Origin: Lentisphaeria bacterium | GTDB lineage: Bacteria > Verrucomicrobiota > Lentisphaeria > JABSQK01 > JAWLHB01 | DNA: 64,000 nt | Assembly: GCA_041690595.1 (NCBI GenBank) | Contig: JAWLHB010000003.1 | Span: forward strand, 62,001 to 126,000 | Direction: 5' to 3' | Shown here: piece by piece, positions 19,135 through 28,842 of the stretch | How the letters are laid out: every line of letters begins with the position of its first letter | Numbering within the stretch: the first letter of the stretch is position 1 | Notes under the pieces: generated by a model | What the model saw: only the letters and a program-made list of their open reading frames with translations | Told to the model about the DNA's origin: nothing | Databases searched by the model: none | Made by a program: the position numbers and the translations under genes

Positions 19135-20118
19135 ATGGATCAAGTACGGTCGCTGAAGGAATTGGCGGAGAAGGGGATCGAGCGGGTCGCGCTGACCTGC
19201 GGGGTCTTTGACGGTCTGCACCGGGGGCACCAGGAGCTTGTGGCGCGGATGAAGGCGGAGGCAGAGCGGAGTGGAGCACTGCCGGTGCTCTTCACCTTCG
19301 ACCCGCATCCGGCGCAGGTGCTGTCGCCGGAATCCGCGCCGAGGCTGCTCATGTCGCTGCGTCACAAGCAGGTGCTGCTGGAGGAGATGGGCGTGAAGGC
19401 GATGGTCCTGATGCCGTTCAATGACGCGATCGCGGGCATCGAGCCGGAGGCGTTCGTGCAGCAGGTGCTGCTGGAGTCGGGGCTGGAGGTGACGGCAGTG
19501 GTGGTGGGCGAGAAGTGGCGCTTCGGGCACCTGGCGCGTGGAGATCTGAGGCTGATGCAGGCGGTGGGTGAGCCGCGGGGAATACGGATCATCGGGCTGC
19601 CGGAGTTGCACGACGATCACGCGCCCATCAGCAGCACGCGGATCCGGCAGGCCATTGCCGGCGGGGAGTTGGGTATCGCGGAACGACTCCTTGGACGTCC
19701 CTTCTCGATCCTCGGGGAGATCTACCATGGCAAGGGAATCGGCGGCAGCGAGCTGCATTATCCAACCGCCAACGTACGGGCCGGAAATGAGCTCTTCCCG
19801 CCCTCCGGCATCTATGCAGCCACTGCCAGGCTGCGCCATGATGGTTCTGTTCGCGCATATCGCGGCATCCTGTATCTTGGTTATTCGCCGACGTTTGTCG
19901 ATCTGCCGCCAAAGACGCCATTCGTGGAAATGCACATTTTCGACTTTCACGATGACATCTATGGCCGAGAGCTGGAAGTGTGCTTTGATGCGTACATTCG
20001 GCCGGACGCCCGCTTTCCCGATGCGAACGCGCTTTGCGCTCAGATTGCGCTGGATATCGAGCAGGCGAAGCGAATACACATGCGTCTGGAGGGAGACGCT
20101 CGGTGGTCGCTGCCTTGA
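19135..20118 (+). CDS. ribF: Bifunctional riboflavin kinase/FAD synthetase
   Basis: GVFDGLHRGH, TFDPHP, ISSTRIR and YPTAN motifs; start moved to ATG 19135. Confidence 0.95.
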   Translation: MDQVRSLKELAEKGIERVALTCGVFDGLHRGHQELVARMKAEAERSGALPVLFTFDPHPAQVLSPESAPRLLMSLRHKQVLLEEMGVKAMVLMPFNDAIAGIEPEAFVQQVLLESGLEVTAVVVGEKWRFGHLARGDLRLMQAVGEPRGIRIIGLPELHDDHAPISSTRIRQAIAGGELGIAERLLGRPFSILGEIYHGKGIGGSELHYPTANVRAGNELFPPSGIYAATARLRHDGSVRAYRGILYLGYSPTFVDLPPKTPFVEMHIFDFHDDIYGRELEVCFDAYIRPDARFPDANALCAQIALDIEQAKRIHMRLEGDARWSLP

Positions 20119-20148
20119 AAGTTGTTTCGTTGCATCTGGGCAGCCATC

Positions 20149-20177
20149 TTGACATCGGTATTGAATCTGTATAGGTT
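20149..20177 (+). promoter_or_regulatory. Candidate sigma70 promoter upstream of the small lipoprotein
   Basis: TTGACA-N17-TAGGTT. Confidence 0.45.
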
Positions 20178-20338
20178 GATGAAGCAGCACAAGTGCCGAC
20201 CGTCCACGTTAAGCTGCACCTTTTCAAGCGTTACGATAGTACACATCAACCTTTGGAAGACGGTCTGCAACAGAATGTCCGAAAGATGGCGGCAAGTTAA
20301 ATCGCCACGAACCCAAAATGAGGAAAGAGGATTCCCCA

Positions 20339-20515
20339 ATGTCCAAACTGAAAACGTTGCTCATGGCTCTGATGATGGTATTTGCATTGACCACGTTCAC
20401 CGGTTGCGAACGGGATGCCGGCGACGCCACTGAAGATGCAGTGGAAGATGTCGGCGATTCCATGGAAGATATCGGTGACAACGTACGCGACGGCATCGAC
20501 GACGCGACGGACTGA
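20339..20515 (+). CDS. Small acidic lipoprotein (58 aa)
   Basis: MSKLK, hydrophobic core, lipobox FTGC, then D/E-rich amphipathic repeats; GAGG RBS. Confidence 0.8.
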   Translation: MSKLKTLLMALMMVFALTTFTGCERDAGDATEDAVEDVGDSMEDIGDNVRDGIDDATD

Positions 20516-20532
20516 TCTTCTGTGATATCGAC

Positions 20533-20575
20533 GAAGGCGCCCGCGGTTTTCCCCGGCGAGAACTCGGGCGCCTTC
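20533..20575 (+). terminator. GC-rich hairpin downstream of the small lipoprotein
   Basis: 11-bp inverted repeat GAAGGCGCCCG/CGGGCGCCTTC; no strong U-tract. Confidence 0.5.
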
Positions 20576-20636
20576 ACGCGCAGAGGCTGAGCGGCATCTG
20601 CATTATGGGATCACCTATCTGGCGTGGAGTCTGTGA

Positions 20637-21620
20637 ATGGTCTGGAAGAGTTGCGTTCTGATCATCGTCCTGAGCGTGATCAGTGGTTGCCGTACCCGCC
20701 CTGATTCGAGTACAGATGCCCTGACACCCGATGCTCACCTGGCCGTGGCGGCGCGTGCACGAGCCTTGGTGGACGCGCATCGTGAGACGACTACGCCGGC
20801 TCGGGAATTCGTCAACCGGCTGCGAGACAAGAAGTACCAGACATGGCTGAAGTGGCTGAGTGGTGAAGAGCCGGGGCCAAGTGGTGAGCTGTCCTGGATC
20901 GCCAAGGACGTCGCGCGGGTATGCGACACGATCGAAACCGCGCTCGCGTGGCCGGAAATGCCGCGTGCCAGCGTCCCCTATACGCCGACACCGCCAAAGA
21001 TCGATGGCAAGCTTGACGATGAGGTGTGGCTGCGCGCCTGGACACAAAGCGGGGTTTATCCTTTCAATCAGAAAAGCCCGGGTGGCCCCGCCACCAGCTA
21101 TCGCATGCTGTGGGACGAGGAAGCACTTTACCTGGCCTTCGACTGCGTGGATGTGGACCTGCAGGCGAAGGATCTTGCGCGCGACGAAGCAGTCTGGAAC
21201 GACGACTGCGTGGAACTCTTCCTTCTGCCGCAGTTCGGATTCCGAACCTACTGGGAGCTGATCGTGAGCGCCAGCGGCAGCATCTATGACGCGGTGCAGT
21301 GCAAAGATCTGGAGCACTGGGGGGCGAATCTGGGTCCCGGCCAGACTATCGAAGGGCTGCGGGCCGGGATCGTGCTGCGCGGCACGCTGAACAATCCACA
21401 GGATCGGGATGATGGGTACAGCGTGGAGATCGTGCTACCCTGGAAGGCGGTACAGCCGTACGCTTACACGGCACCGGAGGCGGGACATACCCTGCACTTC
21501 ATGCTGGTACGCCTGGACCGCAACGCCCCGAAGGAGGGAATCGATCCCTATGCGTTTCAGCCGCTGGTCGGCTGGGGGCACAACATCTGGAACCACGCCG
21601 TGATGGAATTGCAGCGCTGA
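20637..21620 (+). CDS. Lipoprotein with CBM9-like sugar-binding domain
   Basis: Lipobox ISGC; PKIDGKLDDEVW, MLWDEEALYLAF, DCVELF and YSVEIVLPW motifs. Confidence 0.8.
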   Translation: MVWKSCVLIIVLSVISGCRTRPDSSTDALTPDAHLAVAARARALVDAHRETTTPAREFVNRLRDKKYQTWLKWLSGEEPGPSGELSWIAKDVARVCDTIETALAWPEMPRASVPYTPTPPKIDGKLDDEVWLRAWTQSGVYPFNQKSPGGPATSYRMLWDEEALYLAFDCVDVDLQAKDLARDEAVWNDDCVELFLLPQFGFRTYWELIVSASGSIYDAVQCKDLEHWGANLGPGQTIEGLRAGIVLRGTLNNPQDRDDGYSVEIVLPWKAVQPYAYTAPEAGHTLHFMLVRLDRNAPKEGIDPYAFQPLVGWGHNIWNHAVMELQR

Positions 21621-21629
21621 GCCGGCGGA

Positions 21630-23543
21630 TCATTCCGCGGCAGGAAGGGTGAGAAAGAAGGTGCTGCCGGTGCTGCCGTCGGACTCGACCCAGACGCGCC
21701 CGCCATGGCGTTCGACAATGGTGCGAACGCTGGAGAGACCAATGCCTTCACCTTCGCTGCTTCGCGGTTGAAGGCGGTGGTAGAGATCGAAGATTCGTTC
21801 ATGATAGCTGGGATCGATCCCCGAGCCGTTGTCCTGGACCAGATAGCATACCTTGTCCTGCTTGATGCTGCCGGAGATCCGTACCAACAGGGCTCGCTCG
21901 GCGCTGCGATAGTTGATGGCATTGGCGATCAGGTTGCTGAAAACCTGCTCGATCTGAGCATGGTCCCCCATGCATGGGGGAAGCGGCGTAACCTGCACGG
22001 CGCCACCCGTCTCACGCAGCCGCAGCTCGTACTCGTCGCGGCAGGTGTCGAGCAATTGGTTCATGTTCAGCCTGGCAAGCTTGATGTCGGCACGGCCGAT
22101 GCGAGAGATCTCCAGCAAGCCCTTGAGGAGGCGATCCATCTTGCCGGCATTGCCGCGGATATAGCGGAGTGACTCGTCGACATCGTCCGTGAAAATAGCA
22201 TCGATCTGGTGCCGAGCCTCGGGCATCAGGGGCTGGTCCATCAGCAACTGGCGCAGATCGTTACAGGCATTGGCCAGCTCCGTGCTGAAGCCATGAATGC
22301 TGACCAAAGGCGATCGCAGGTCATGAGAGACGGCATACAGAACCTGCTCCATTTCCTTGCCCTTGCGCTCGAGCTCGTGGTTGAGCCGCTCCTGTTCGTG
22401 CTGGGCCTCCTTGCGGTGGGAGATATCCTGGATCTGGACGATGAAATGCAGCGGCAGGCCCTTGGCATCACGCACCAGGGATCCACTCAACAAGCCCCAG
22501 ATGACGTGCCCGTCCTTGTGATAGTACCGCTTTTCCATGTGATAGGCAGGAACGACGCCGTCGAGCAAGTCCTTCACATGGGCGAGGTGCGCCTCGAGAT
22601 CGTCAGGGTGGCTGATCTCCTTGAAGGTGAGCCGCACCAGCTCCTCCTGCGCGTAACCGGTAATGCGGCAAAGACTTGGGTTGACCTGCAGAAAGGTCCC
22701 ATCGATGCTCACCAGCGCCATGCCGATGGCGGCATGCTGGAAAGCGCTCAGAAAGTGATCGTGCGAGCAGCGCAGTTCTTCGGCTTGCTCTTTCGCGGCG
22801 GTGATATCGGAAGCAATGCCGCATACCGCCGTCAGCCTGCCGGTCTCATCGACATGGGGAAAGGCGCGGTCGCGGATCCAGCGCATGGTGCCATCATCGT
22901 GCAGGAGCCGATACTCCATCTCCCATGGCGGCTTCGGATGGGCGCCATGGCTCTTCAACAGACGCTCCCGGTCCTCGGGAACTATCGGTTCCATGAAGGC
23001 TTCGGGAGACGCATTGAGATGCGCGCGCGAACGCCCCCAGAGACGTTCATAGCCGGGACTCACATACAGGATGCGATCCAGCTTGGGTGTGCCGATCCAG
23101 ACCACGTCTTCGATGGCATCGGCGAGCATATCGAAGCGGCTTTTGCTCTCATGCAGCTCATCCTGGAGCTTCTGCCGACTGGTGATATCGGAGCCATGCA
23201 CGATCAGCTTCCAGGGCCGCCCGTCCTGATCCTCCAGCCTCCAGACAGTGAACTCGTAGGTGGCCAGGCGATCGCCCCACTGCCGCAGCGGCAGGACGAA
23301 ATGGCCCACCTTGCCTTCGACTGCCGCGGCCAAGCGGCGCTTCAGCTCTTCGGCATGCCCCCCTTCCGGCCACCAGTCCCCTTCCCAGACTGGATGCCCA
23401 AGCAGTGCTTCCCTCGTTCTGGTCGAAGCGGTGGTGGCGACATCGTTAAGGTCGAGCACGATGCCATCAAGATCGAGCAGGGCCAGAAAGCGGCCGGACT
23501 GCCGAAAAACGGCTTCGTAGGGGTTGAGGGCAGCCTCATCCAT
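21630..23543 (-). CDS. Cytoplasmic multi-PAS sensor histidine kinase
   Basis: Three PAS/PAC units; H-box SHDLRSPL, N-box NLIANAINY, DNGSGI and GIGLS. Confidence 0.93.
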   Translation of the reverse strand: MDEAALNPYEAVFRQSGRFLALLDLDGIVLDLNDVATTASTRTREALLGHPVWEGDWWPEGGHAEELKRRLAAAVEGKVGHFVLPLRQWGDRLATYEFTVWRLEDQDGRPWKLIVHGSDITSRQKLQDELHESKSRFDMLADAIEDVVWIGTPKLDRILYVSPGYERLWGRSRAHLNASPEAFMEPIVPEDRERLLKSHGAHPKPPWEMEYRLLHDDGTMRWIRDRAFPHVDETGRLTAVCGIASDITAAKEQAEELRCSHDHFLSAFQHAAIGMALVSIDGTFLQVNPSLCRITGYAQEELVRLTFKEISHPDDLEAHLAHVKDLLDGVVPAYHMEKRYYHKDGHVIWGLLSGSLVRDAKGLPLHFIVQIQDISHRKEAQHEQERLNHELERKGKEMEQVLYAVSHDLRSPLVSIHGFSTELANACNDLRQLLMDQPLMPEARHQIDAIFTDDVDESLRYIRGNAGKMDRLLKGLLEISRIGRADIKLARLNMNQLLDTCRDEYELRLRETGGAVQVTPLPPCMGDHAQIEQVFSNLIANAINYRSAERALLVRISGSIKQDKVCYLVQDNGSGIDPSYHERIFDLYHRLQPRSSEGEGIGLSSVRTIVERHGGRVWVESDGSTGSTFFLTLPAAE

Positions 23544-24690
23544 AGCGTTCCGCCCACCAGTCATCGAGACGCCGGTGAAGGTCGCGGATCATGGGCCGGT
23601 GGCGCTTGCGCCAGTGCATGCCAGTGTAGCTGAAGCAGAGTCGCGGATGATCCCAATAACGCTCCAGATCCGCGCGAATGAAGGCCTCTTCCGTGCCGAC
23701 AGGCAGTTCCTGCCCGATGTGCAGAGCGATTGGCCGGTCACCGATGATCGACAAGGCTTCCTCCACCGATATGGCGCCGGCCGCTGTCTTCGCAATGTAA
23801 CCGGCTTCCGTGCCGATCACGTTCGGCAGCGAGGCCAGAGTGGCCTTGAAGACATGCGGGCCGCTGCATGGATGGATGTGGACGCCTTCGTGTGCCGCCA
23901 CGATCCGCGCATCGTGCGCCAGAACATGCTGGCGATACATGGCCGGCGAGACCATGTTCACCGAGCATTCCGCGATCCGCGCATAGCGGGCAGCCTCCGG
24001 CGTCATGCGCTCCGGGCCGATCCACTCGACCAGTTGCCGGCGCACCGCGAGCCACAGATCCGTCACCCGGGTCATGATGGCGGCGAAGTCGTCAGGCGTT
24101 TCGATCATGGCGACCATGGCTTCGCTGCCAAGCATGGAAGCGACCAGATTGAAGGGGCCCTGCATGTCCGGCAGCGCGATCTTGAAAGCGTCAGGGGTGA
24201 GCGCCTTGTAAAGCTCGATCTCCTCGCGCAGTTGAGGCATCATGCCGCCGTGCAGTGGGTCGGGCGCTGGCTGATCCAGCAACTGACGCATGGTGACCGT
24301 GTGCGCGGGGGTATCCTGCGCTTCGGGGTTGAGCGGAATGCCGAACCAGGTGATCAGCGTCCCCGTACCGCGACCGAGGCCGAAAGCGGTGGTGACCGGG
24401 TTGAGCATCTTGAGCGGCTCGAGCATGCCGATCATGCGCCGCGCCACCACCTGCTCCGCCGGATCGCCCACCTTCACGCGGGGCAGTTCGAGCTCATTGG
24501 TCGGAACCCACGTATCTTCCGGATCAGCCAGGTGGTTGATGCCCATGACCGGCCATCGGCGACGCTTCCCTTGCAGGATCGCCTGCTGCATGGCCAGGGC
24601 ATCACGTTCGGGGTGCGCCTGCATCGTGGCGCGGACAAAGTCGATAGTGTCGGCAAGCGAGTCGAGCGTCAAGGCGGCATTGGGAGACAT
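23536..24690 (-). CDS. URO-D-like family protein
   Basis: DMQGPFNL, ECSVNMVSPAMY and HIHPCSG motifs. Confidence 0.65.
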   Translation of the reverse strand: MSPNAALTLDSLADTIDFVRATMQAHPERDALAMQQAILQGKRRRWPVMGINHLADPEDTWVPTNELELPRVKVGDPAEQVVARRMIGMLEPLKMLNPVTTAFGLGRGTGTLITWFGIPLNPEAQDTPAHTVTMRQLLDQPAPDPLHGGMMPQLREEIELYKALTPDAFKIALPDMQGPFNLVASMLGSEAMVAMIETPDDFAAIMTRVTDLWLAVRRQLVEWIGPERMTPEAARYARIAECSVNMVSPAMYRQHVLAHDARIVAAHEGVHIHPCSGPHVFKATLASLPNVIGTEAGYIAKTAAGAISVEEALSIIGDRPIALHIGQELPVGTEEAFIRADLERYWDHPRLCFSYTGMHWRKRHRPMIRDLHRRLDDWWAERYG

Positions 24691-24700
24691 GAGAAGAGCC

Positions 24701-25666
24701 TCAGGCGGCGGGGTCTGGAGTTGTGGGTTCGGTCAGGCGGGTTGCCAGGTAATCGCCCGCAGTCACCAGCTCGAACTCCCTGGCGATCTGCGCGACCGTA
24801 AGCTGCGGCGAACGCGATTCGAGCATGAAACGTACGTTCTCCTGGTCAAAGGTCAACCATACATCCTTGCCATGGCGACGCAGTATCGGCTCGATCTGCT
24901 GCTGGTTGTAGTCGAAGTGAAAGACCGCCGAGTCGAAGTTGATATCCGCCACACAAATGGGCACACCAAAGCCGAAGCGGAGCGTTTCATGGCGGTAGCC
25001 ACCCGCCGCGACCTCTCGCCCGAGAGGGTTGATGATGCGGCTCCAGGCAGGATAGGCAAGGGCAATCGGTACCTGGAAAGTGGCGGCGAAGTAATTGAGC
25101 TGATCACCTCCCGGAAAGAGCGACGGGCAGAGGAGCAGTTGCGCTCCTGCCTCGATCTGCCGCGCGAAAGCTTGCGGAAAATTCATGTCGAAGCAGATGG
25201 CGCCGCCAACGTGAATGTCCTCCCACAGCATGACCGGATCCTGCCGCGGCTTGACCCCAGCCTTCAGCTCGCCGTCAGTCGGGAATTGCTTGGTATAGCG
25301 CCCGACCGGGGTGCCGTCACGCCCGACCAGATGGAAGACATTGTACAGGTCGTCCCCTTCCCGCTCCATGATCGGAACGGTGACGGCGATGTTGTGTGCG
25401 GCGGCGCATTCGAGCAGTTGCGCGCAGTCGCTCTGCCAGTCATCGAGGGCAATATCCGCCAGGCTGAGCGCCCGCGGGTTATCCGGTCCATCTCCGGCAT
25501 ACTCGTTCATGGTTTCCGGAAGGACTGCCAGATCGCACCCCATCCTGGCCGCCAGGGAAACCCAGCGGCAAGCCTCCGCCAGTTTCTCATCGAGGTCGGT
25601 GAAGTCGCGATTTGACAGGGATATGGCAGCTATTCGTTTTATCTTCATGCAGGCGCGGTACTCCAT
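24701..25666 (-). CDS. Carbon-nitrogen hydrolase (nitrilase superfamily)
   Basis: E-K-C triad motifs LPE, YTK and ICFD. Confidence 0.85.
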   Translation of the reverse strand: MEYRACMKIKRIAAISLSNRDFTDLDEKLAEACRWVSLAARMGCDLAVLPETMNEYAGDGPDNPRALSLADIALDDWQSDCAQLLECAAAHNIAVTVPIMEREGDDLYNVFHLVGRDGTPVGRYTKQFPTDGELKAGVKPRQDPVMLWEDIHVGGAICFDMNFPQAFARQIEAGAQLLLCPSLFPGGDQLNYFAATFQVPIALAYPAWSRIINPLGREVAAGGYRHETLRFGFGVPICVADINFDSAVFHFDYNQQQIEPILRRHGKDVWLTFDQENVRFMLESRSPQLTVAQIAREFELVTAGDYLATRLTEPTTPDPAA

Positions 25667-25765
25667 GTTTGCATCTTCTTGGACGATGACAAAAGATGGC
25701 CGCCCCCTCATGCATTACCATCGCAATCCAGCTTTATCTTCGGTCTTTTTCTCGTATAGTGCAAG

Positions 25766-26884
25766 ATGAAGATCCTTGCCATGGAAGCATACTACGGCGG
25801 TAGCCACCAGGCTTTTCTCGATGGCTGGCGCCAACACAGCCGCCATGATTTCACCCTCCTGACGCTTCCCCCCTACAAGTGGAAATGGCGGATGCGCCAC
25901 GCCGCCATTACCTTCGCCGACGAGGCGAGGCGCCTCCATGACTCGGGCGTCTCCTTCGACATCCTCTGGTGCTCGGACATGCTCAACCTGGCATCCTTTC
26001 TTGGCTTGGCACCGGCGGCCTGGCGCCCTCTGCCAAGCGTCTGCTACTTCCACGAAAACCAACTGACCTACCCGGTACGCCACAAGGATGATCGCGACTA
26101 TCACTTCGCCTTCACCAATATCACCAGCGCCCTGGCCGCCACGGAAATCTGGTTCAACTCCGCCTTCCACCGCGGTGAGTTCCAGGAGGCACTGGCCGTC
26201 TTCTGCGGGAAGATGCCGGATCATGCGCCGACCGAGGCTGGCGGCACCATCGAAGCGCGCTCGCGCATCTTGCCGCCGGGCATTCAACCACCCGACCACA
26301 TCCACCAGTACCAGCCGGGAGCGCCGCTGCACCTGCTCTGGGCAGCACGCTGGGAATACGACAAGGCACCCGAACAGTTCTTTGCGGCCATCGATCGCCT
26401 CGCCGAGAGCGGCTGCGACTTCCGCCTGAGCGTCCTCGGCGAAAGCTTCAAGAATCGACCCGAAATCTTCGACAAGGCCCGGGTACGACACCGGGAACGG
26501 ATCGTCAACTGGGGCTATCAGGAGACCTCGGAGGGCTATGCGCGTGCCCTCGCAGCCGCGGATGTGGCGATCTCCACCGCGCGACATGAGTTCTTCGGTA
26601 TCGGCCTGGTTGAAGCCATGGCCGCCGGACTCTATCCCCTGGCGCCGAGGCGGCTGGCCTATCCCGAGGTGCTCGACGCCGATCGCCATCCTGAGTTCCT
26701 CTACGATGGAGACGTTGACAGCCTCGTCCATGCGCTGCAGCTCTTGATCGAGCGCCACGCCACCGGTGATCTTTGGCAGGGAGACGCCGCGCGCGGACGC
26801 AGGCAGGCGGAACACTACTGGTGGTCCGCGCTCGCGCCTGCTATGGATGACCGGGTCGAGCAGCTTGCCGACGGCGCCCTTTGA
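25766..26884 (+). CDS. DUF3524-containing GT-B glycosyltransferase, GTDC1/QTMAN homologue
   Basis: YYGGSH, WKWRMR, YFHENQLTYP, RWEYDK.PE and STARHEFFG motifs. Confidence 0.88.
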   Translation: MKILAMEAYYGGSHQAFLDGWRQHSRHDFTLLTLPPYKWKWRMRHAAITFADEARRLHDSGVSFDILWCSDMLNLASFLGLAPAAWRPLPSVCYFHENQLTYPVRHKDDRDYHFAFTNITSALAATEIWFNSAFHRGEFQEALAVFCGKMPDHAPTEAGGTIEARSRILPPGIQPPDHIHQYQPGAPLHLLWAARWEYDKAPEQFFAAIDRLAESGCDFRLSVLGESFKNRPEIFDKARVRHRERIVNWGYQETSEGYARALAAADVAISTARHEFFGIGLVEAMAAGLYPLAPRRLAYPEVLDADRHPEFLYDGDVDSLVHALQLLIERHATGDLWQGDAARGRRQAEHYWWSALAPAMDDRVEQLADGAL

Positions 26885-26980
26885 GCATTGGAGTTGCAGC
26901 AGGGCCTCTCAGCCATTAAGTTACCAGTCAACCGGGAGCGCCCGGCAAGTCAAGAAAACACAATGAACAGGGTTCAGTTT

Positions 26981-27568
26981 ATGAAACGTACACTACAGGT
27001 ATGCCTGATGCTGGCCATGGTCGCCGGTCTGATCGGCAATGCCGCCAACGCCCAGGAGAAGGAGAAGCCAGTGGTAACAGTCAAGACAAGCATGGGATCG
27101 TTCGAGGTGGAGCTTTATGCCGACAAGGCACCCATCTCCGTAGAGAATTTCCTTACCTACGTGAAGGGTGGAGCCTATGACGGCACCATCTTCCACCGCG
27201 TCATCAAGGGTTTTATGATCCAGGGCGGCGGATTTACCCCCGACATGAAACAGAAGAAGTCTGGCGCCCAGATCAAGAATGAAGCCAAGAACGGCCTGAA
27301 GAATGAAATCGGCACCCTCGCCATGGCACGTACCAACGTCGTTGACAGTGCCACCAACCAGTTCTTCATCAACACCAAAGACAACGACTTCCTCAATTAC
27401 CGCAACGACGCCAACTATGGCTATGCGGTCTTTGGCAAGGTCACCGATGGCATGGATGTGGTTCGGAAGATCGAAAGCGTCTCCACCACCACCAAGGGAG
27501 GCCATGCGGATGTCCCGGCTACGCCAGTGATCATCGAGTCCATCACCGTCAACGAGGCGGCTGAATAG
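26981..27568 (+). CDS. ppiA: Exported cyclophilin-type peptidyl-prolyl isomerase
   Basis: Signal peptide; FHRVIKGFMIQGGG, AMART, QFFIN and GYAVFGKV motifs. Confidence 0.95.
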   Translation: MKRTLQVCLMLAMVAGLIGNAANAQEKEKPVVTVKTSMGSFEVELYADKAPISVENFLTYVKGGAYDGTIFHRVIKGFMIQGGGFTPDMKQKKSGAQIKNEAKNGLKNEIGTLAMARTNVVDSATNQFFINTKDNDFLNYRNDANYGYAVFGKVTDGMDVVRKIESVSTTTKGGHADVPATPVIIESITVNEAAE

Positions 27569-27606
27569 ACCCGATGCTCCATTCCCCCGCGGAGGACGGA
27601 AGCCCG

Positions 27607-28695
27607 ATGCCTCTCTATCGGCCGACGCTCCGTCCGCCGCGGGTGGAACCGCGTCTCGATGCCGCCACCCTCCCCTGGCGCCGCGGCTTGCTTGTGCGCG
27701 CCACCAACTGGCTCGGTGACGTCGTCATGACCTTGCCGGCCATCTGGCAACTCCGCCAGCTCCTCCCCCCCGGCAAGCGCCTGATCGTCCTCACCCCTGC
27801 CAAGCTCCAGCGCCTCTGGGAAAGCGTACCATGGGCCGACGAAGTCATCACTTTCGGCAGTCAGCGCCTCACTGGCGACGAGCGACAAAAGCTCAAGGCG
27901 GCAGACGCCGGTGCGGCCGTCATCCTGCCGAACTCCTTTGGTTCCGCGCTGGATATCTGGCGTGCGCGCGTGCCCCATCGCGTCGGCCGGGCCGGAGGCG
28001 GTCGATCCCTCCTGCTGGATCACGTCCTGCCCGCATGGGATCGGCACCCGGGCCAGGATCGTTGGCATCAGGTCAGCGAATATCTGGATGTGGCAGCCGC
28101 CTTTGGTGCCGCGACCGACGAGTTGACCTGTCCCCCACTCGCCCCGCTGCTCACAGACGATGAAGCAGCAGCCGCTCGTCAATGGGAAGCTTGGCCGGAA
28201 CCTTGGCTGGTTCTGGCACCCGGCGCCGCATTTGGCCCTGCCAAGCAATGGCCCGCCCCCTCTTTCGCCCAAGTCGGCAAACGCTGGCAAGCCACCACCG
28301 GCGGAACCGTCATTGCCGTCGGAGCACCAGGCGAAGAAGCCGCCGCCGCCGCCGCCCTGCAAGATATCCCCTTCAGTCAGAATCTGGCAGGCCGCACATC
28401 CCTCACTCAGGTCATGCATCTCCTCGCCAGGAGCGCCTGCATCGTCGCCAACGACAGCGGCACCATGCACCTGGGCGCCGCCCTCCAGCGACGCGGAGTC
28501 GCCATCTTCGGTTCCACCGATCCCATCGCGACCGGTCCCATCGGCGGCGACTGGATCATACTCCGACACCCCCTGCCCTGCTCCCCCTGCCTGCAGCGAA
28601 CCTGTGCCCGCACCGACTTCCCCTACGAATGCCTGCAAGCCGTCACCCCCGATCTCGTCTGGACCGGCATTCAGCAGCTGACGTCCGCCACCTGA
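27607..28695 (+). CDS. waaF: Lipopolysaccharide heptosyltransferase II (GT9)
   Basis: NWLGDVVM, LPNSF.SA, PGAAFGPAKQW and NDSGTMHL motifs. Confidence 0.9.
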   Translation: MPLYRPTLRPPRVEPRLDAATLPWRRGLLVRATNWLGDVVMTLPAIWQLRQLLPPGKRLIVLTPAKLQRLWESVPWADEVITFGSQRLTGDERQKLKAADAGAAVILPNSFGSALDIWRARVPHRVGRAGGGRSLLLDHVLPAWDRHPGQDRWHQVSEYLDVAAAFGAATDELTCPPLAPLLTDDEAAAARQWEAWPEPWLVLAPGAAFGPAKQWPAPSFAQVGKRWQATTGGTVIAVGAPGEEAAAAAALQDIPFSQNLAGRTSLTQVMHLLARSACIVANDSGTMHLGAALQRRGVAIFGSTDPIATGPIGGDWIILRHPLPCSPCLQRTCARTDFPYECLQAVTPDLVWTGIQQLTSAT

Positions 28696-28842
28696 GCCGT
28701 GCCCGCCTGATTTTCCTCACAGCGGCGAGATATGCAGCGTCACTCTGGCCCCATACCTCGGCTTTCACCTCCCGGGTAGAGCGAACAAGCCTGATCGTCT
28801 CCTCATCGCCCCATTCACGCCCCTCACTGCGCATCGTTCCCA

